Under the pieces are notes generated by a model. The model had not been told where the DNA came from. It did not search any database and saw only the letters and a program-made list of their open reading frames with translations. From Kudoa neothunni (lineage: Eukaryota > Animalia > Cnidaria), in NCBI GenBank assembly GCA_964304625.1, contig OZ199838.1, positions 10,591,437-10,655,436 of the forward strand: a stretch of DNA of 64,000 nt, given 5' to 3'. Numbering within the stretch: the first letter of the stretch is position 1; every line of letters begins with the position of its first letter. Below, one piece after another: positions 59,620 through 64,000 of the stretch. A program made the translations under genes and the position numbers.

Positions 59620-60990
59620 TCCAAAGGAAAGTTGACCATGAATTCAGAGTTATTAATAAAAAATGTAATGAGGACTACTATGTTACATGATCTGGAAAAA
59701 AGAGAGTATTTTGTCTTCTATGCAATAGTATCATTGCAGTTCTCAATGTGTTCAATATTCGCGAGCATTATAAAACGAAGCGTTCCAGGGAGTATTCTAA
59801 ATACATTGAAAATGTGGAGTTTGAAAATTAAAAGATGATTATTGTTAAAATAATTGTTCTTTAATCGAATTTGAAAATAAAGTGAAACTGTGACAATAAC
59901 TAGCTCCCATATGGCATATTTTTGAGAAAGCCCCGAAAGATGTGGTGGGGAAAATAATGCCCTTAAACGTTAACTTATTTGCTGAAATTAGTCTCTGTGC
60001 CAACATTATTTGTCCTAGAATAGATAGTATTGGTTATAACAATATATTATCCCCAACTAAAAAGAGAAAGCAAAGAAATTCATCTGCTTCTCCATCGCGC
60101 TGGACAAATCCACAAGTATTTTTAATTTTTTTCAACTGTAGTTTTTCATCAGAAGAATCGATATCAACATGGAAATACCGAAGAATTACTATATATACAC
60201 AGTATGCATGGAGCAACAAAAGAGCTAAAAATTTTTAAAGAAATGGTGAAATTAATACATCGCTACAACCTAGGTTGGAAAAGTCTTATGCATAACAACC
60301 GATGGTGGTAGAATACGGATGAAGAAACAAAAGGCTTGGTCGGTCAACTTTTTAAAGCAGTTGAAAATGCCGGCGGCTTGAAACCATTGGCATTATTTTG
60401 TTATAATCTATAAACAAACACTTTTGTAGAAATCATGTAGATTTTTCAGAATCAAATGAACAAACGTTGCTTCACACACATTTCGCGGTGTGATAAATAC
60501 GCTGAAAAGAGCTCAACGCAGATCCCATCCTATCTTGATGAGGAAGCAGTTTTCCACGTTGATTGGCCAATATATGGAGTGTTTTTCATACTTTGATGAG
60601 TGTTCTTCTATCATTTGGATTTTTTAAAATTCATTCAATAGCATTATTAAAGAGTTACCCATGGAATTGAAAATGATAGTGATTGATCATCAATACAGCG
60701 AAATTTCCAAAGATAAATGTAAAGAAAGAAATTTGATAAATTTCTGCAATTAGAAAAATTTCCAAATCTTTGGTCGCATGTAAATATATTTTAATGTTAT
60801 CTACCACTATTTGTGCAAACATAAAATATGTTTAATCTTTTGGTAGAACGCACTGACTATTCAGCATATAGACTCCATTGGAATTGTCGAGACAACACGA
60901 CTACAATCACAATGGGACGTTTAATGTCTGATTTTGACCAGTTTCGTAAATCTTATGGCGCAAAATAAATGAGTTTAATACTAGAAGGGT
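59620..60990 (+). pseudogene. hAT transposase remnant, right-arm copy
   Basis: Mirror of 55960-57330. Confidence 0.75.
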
Positions 60991-61096
60991 CACCGTGGTA
61001 TCTTATTGCAAAATATAATTATTATGCCTCAACAAGTTTTCTTTTTCAATTTTTCATCCAACCTGCAAAGTTATGCACGCGTAAGAATGTGTCCAG

Positions 61097-61300
61097 TTGT
61101 TAAAAATGATTGAAAATCCCTGTTCTAGTGAATACATAGAAAACCTGAAGGAGAAAATCACCACCATCACCGAGGGGACCAATCGTTGGACAGATAATAT
61201 CTTTAGTGTTATTGGATTTTGTAAAAATAGACTGTCATTAGAAGAGAAGGAAGTCTACAAATATTTTGGCATTCCTGAGGAGTTTGACTATTTGGCATGA
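61097..61300 (+). CDS. MND1: MND1 last exon only, right-arm copy
   Basis: Identical 67-aa translation to 55653-55856. Confidence 0.88.
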   Translation: MLKMIENPCSSEYIENLKEKITTITEGTNRWTDNIFSVIGFCKNRLSLEEKEVYKYFGIPEEFDYLA

Positions 61301-61640
61301 CTATTGATTATAACCGTTGTTGTCGAGCTACTTTTTTTCACCAACACTAATCTAATCATTATTAACTTAATATCTATTCAGTTTTGCAATTTTTATGGAA
61401 TTTTTTGAGTTATAATTTGTATGTATGTTTATCGAGTGAATACATATAAAAGTATAGTAGCTGTAATGTATTTGGTTATTTTAACTCAACAGTATAATTA
61501 TTTTAAAAACTGAAATGAATCTTTGTATGCATAAAGTTAGCTCAGCCATTCTGCAGATTCCGCAGCAAAAAGACACGGTGTAATGTAGCAGTTCACCGAT
61601 TTATTATGTGAAATTCAGTTGTGTAAGAATAATTTTGTAG

Positions 61641-63500
61641 TTAAAGCATGTCGATTTCTTTACCAGTCATCCACATCTCGTCATCAATGCCACGTATGAC
61701 TTCTGGGCAGAAATTCATGCGATAACATATATCATAGGGGCCAAATTTCTCCATAAGGGAATGCTGATATTGGAACATAGATATAATTGAGAAAACGGCA
61801 CTAATCGTTTAAAATAAATTTTCGCACATAAAATGGACATTGTACGTATTCTCTTTCTATCTGTCCTTCCGAATGGTGACAATAGTAATCGGCTATAGCC
61901 TCGATCATTTGCTTGTTCCCCATACGTGCAGCACATGGTGTATACAACTATTCAATTGGCCATTAACCAAGCTAAACTCTTAATGGAATAAGTGTACCAG
62001 ACAATTTAGGCATTGAGGATAAGCACCATTCGTACCAATCACTATTATTATAATGGGTTCAAATAACTAAAATTACCCAATGATTATTTACCCTCGTTGT
62101 CTCTACAACGAATTTCGTAATTGCAAACGGATTGTGGAGTTAATTTTCTAGCTAATTGCCGATCGAAGAGTTTCATTATTTGGTCAACACTTGAGGAACA
62201 CTACCGATACGGGTTAACAATTGTTACTCGAAATGAGATAATTATTTGCCTTTATTTGTCTTTTAACACAAATATATGTTAATAGCTTTAAAAAGCTTGA
62301 GCGATGAAGATCTTTTAGTTTGGCTGTATAGGCCTCTGGAGTCATCTTTTCTGGGCTGAATATTTGGTAAATGTATACAGGTAACTGTTGGGGAAGTTAT
62401 ATTATTATGTTACATGCCCGATAATTCTTTCCACAACACCCGTCATTATGGAGACTGCAAATAGCACACATCCCTAACATCCATACTAAAGGTTGTTATT
62501 ACAATTGTCTATGCCTAGCAACGTTACCGTCGTGAAGTTTTGTTAGCATTACTTTCTTTCCCAAGCTTACTCAATCAGATTAGTTATATTAGCAATAATT
62601 CCGGGTTTTTTAAACTAGATTACTTTAATCTTTTTAATCATTTCTCAAGGTTAACAAATTTGATTAATTTTTGTTATTATTGGGAAGAACTTATATTTGG
62701 ATGACCAAAAATTGTTGTAGTTTATAATTAGTAGCAATATGATTATATATTAAGCTTAATTTGCATGAAGTTATCGTATTTGGATATTAAAAGTGAACTT
62801 ATTTTTTTATTGCAGGTTCATTATTCTTCGACATTAGGTGCTGATTTATTGATGATGTTGGGGGAAGTGAAGTGATTGCGATTATTACTTAATCAATTAT
62901 TGTTTTATTTTTTCACCGCGTTAAATTACATCAAAATTAATATTTCAAGGCCTTATTAAAAACATTTAGAATATAAACTTGTTTTAACTATAATTAGATA
63001 TAATAACTGCTATAATTCCAATGCGGTGACCCAATTACAAATCTCAAGTTGTTACTCACACGCCATTACTGATCCTTGATATCCGAGTTAATTTTTAATG
63101 CGTAATAAATACTCAATAATCATAATAAACCCTCAACCAGTAAATTAAGAGATTAAATCATTTTACTTAATGTTTCTTAGACTATCCGTTGACAATTTTA
63201 AAAACAAGCGCTGCACTACCCCAAATCAATTTCGCTCAACCCTTGCAACCGCAACAACGATGTGCCACACCCCTTTCTAAAGTCAAAGTAAAGCTTTGCA
63301 CTCAATTTATAGAAAATAATACATCCTATGAAAAAGAGCAGACAGTCGTGACTTTTGACCAGTTATTATCCTTGTTATTAAATTTAAGGTCTTATAGTAG
63401 AAATCTTTGATTTGTAATGATTCAAAAGATTTTATTTATCAGCTATCTAATTCCTTGTAATCAACTATCGATTTTGAACCCTATGTATCCCGAGGTTATT
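61641..63500 (-). pseudogene. Saposin-domain gene, right-arm copy, with an apparent frameshift in the last exon
   Basis: Mirror of 53460-55313; an extra base in the A run at ~61792-61795 shifts the last exon. Confidence 0.65.
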
Positions 63501-63530
63501 GTAAAGCTTTCGATACACTAACGTTAGTTT

Positions 63531-64000
63531 AAGTCTAACAAGGTTCGAACGTAATGAGTCGGGGAACAGAGTCTCATTATATAGAATCGCTGCACTACGT
63601 GTACGAGCCCTTCACGCGCAAGCACATTGACGATTTTTGAAATTTTTTATTTTGTATAATTAAATGAAATTAAATAGTTGGACGCTTGAGTATTTATTTT
63701 TAAATCAATTAAATATTTTTCAAGTGAACTAAAATAGAGAAAATTGATATTCTATTTGTGATCCCTAAAATTTTTAAAGTATTCATTTAGCATCTCCCCT
63801 TTCTTTCAAAATAATACTCGAATTTGGATTAATTTTGAGTTAAAAATTAGCTACTGAGTCTTTTTTTAAAGTAGGTCCTAATTTCGAATAAATACAGTAG
63901 GAAAATTAATAAATCTTCAAATTGCGAAAAATATAGTTAAATGACGATAAGTATACTTATACAATAAACATAGCTTTTTATCATTTCTCATTTGTTTGAT
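63531..64000 (-). mobile_element. Mirror copy of the 3' end of the pogo/Tigger element
   Basis: TIR AAGTCTAACAAGGTTCGAACGTAA at 63531; reverse complement of 52967-53432. Confidence 0.85.

Larger units (their letters stand above)
59194..64000. repeat. Right arm of a giant inverted repeat, running off the window
   Basis: Near-identical to the reverse complement of 52967-57754; differences are mostly 1-nt homopolymer indels. Confidence 0.97.

Overview
AT-rich eukaryotic (animal-type) nuclear DNA with tiny introns of about 40-60 nt and strongly diverged proteins. This is compatible with a reduced parasite such as a myxozoan, which is an inference only. Host genes are clathrin heavy chain (+), an unidentified Ser/Thr/Pro-rich multi-exon gene (+), an atypical SDR (+), SRP72 (-), V-ATPase subunit B (+), a saposin-domain gene missed by the ORF track (+) and the last exon of MND1 (-). 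Intergenic DNA and large introns are filled with mostly decayed transposons: piggyBac, a Merlin/ISXO2-type element with ~205-bp TIRs hosting a very compact Ty3/gypsy element, two IS630/Tc1-like elements, pogo/Tigger, hAT, several MITEs and a two-copy tRNA-like SINE. The main structural oddity is a near-perfect inverted duplication with arms of at least 4.8 kb (52967-57754 and 59194 to beyond the window end). Its inner ends are exactly the TIRs of an IS630/Tc1-like element, and it duplicates the saposin gene and an orphan MND1 exon. It is either a transposon-seeded giant palindrome or a fold-back sequencing/assembly artefact. All coordinates and alignments were read by eye; no database searches were run.
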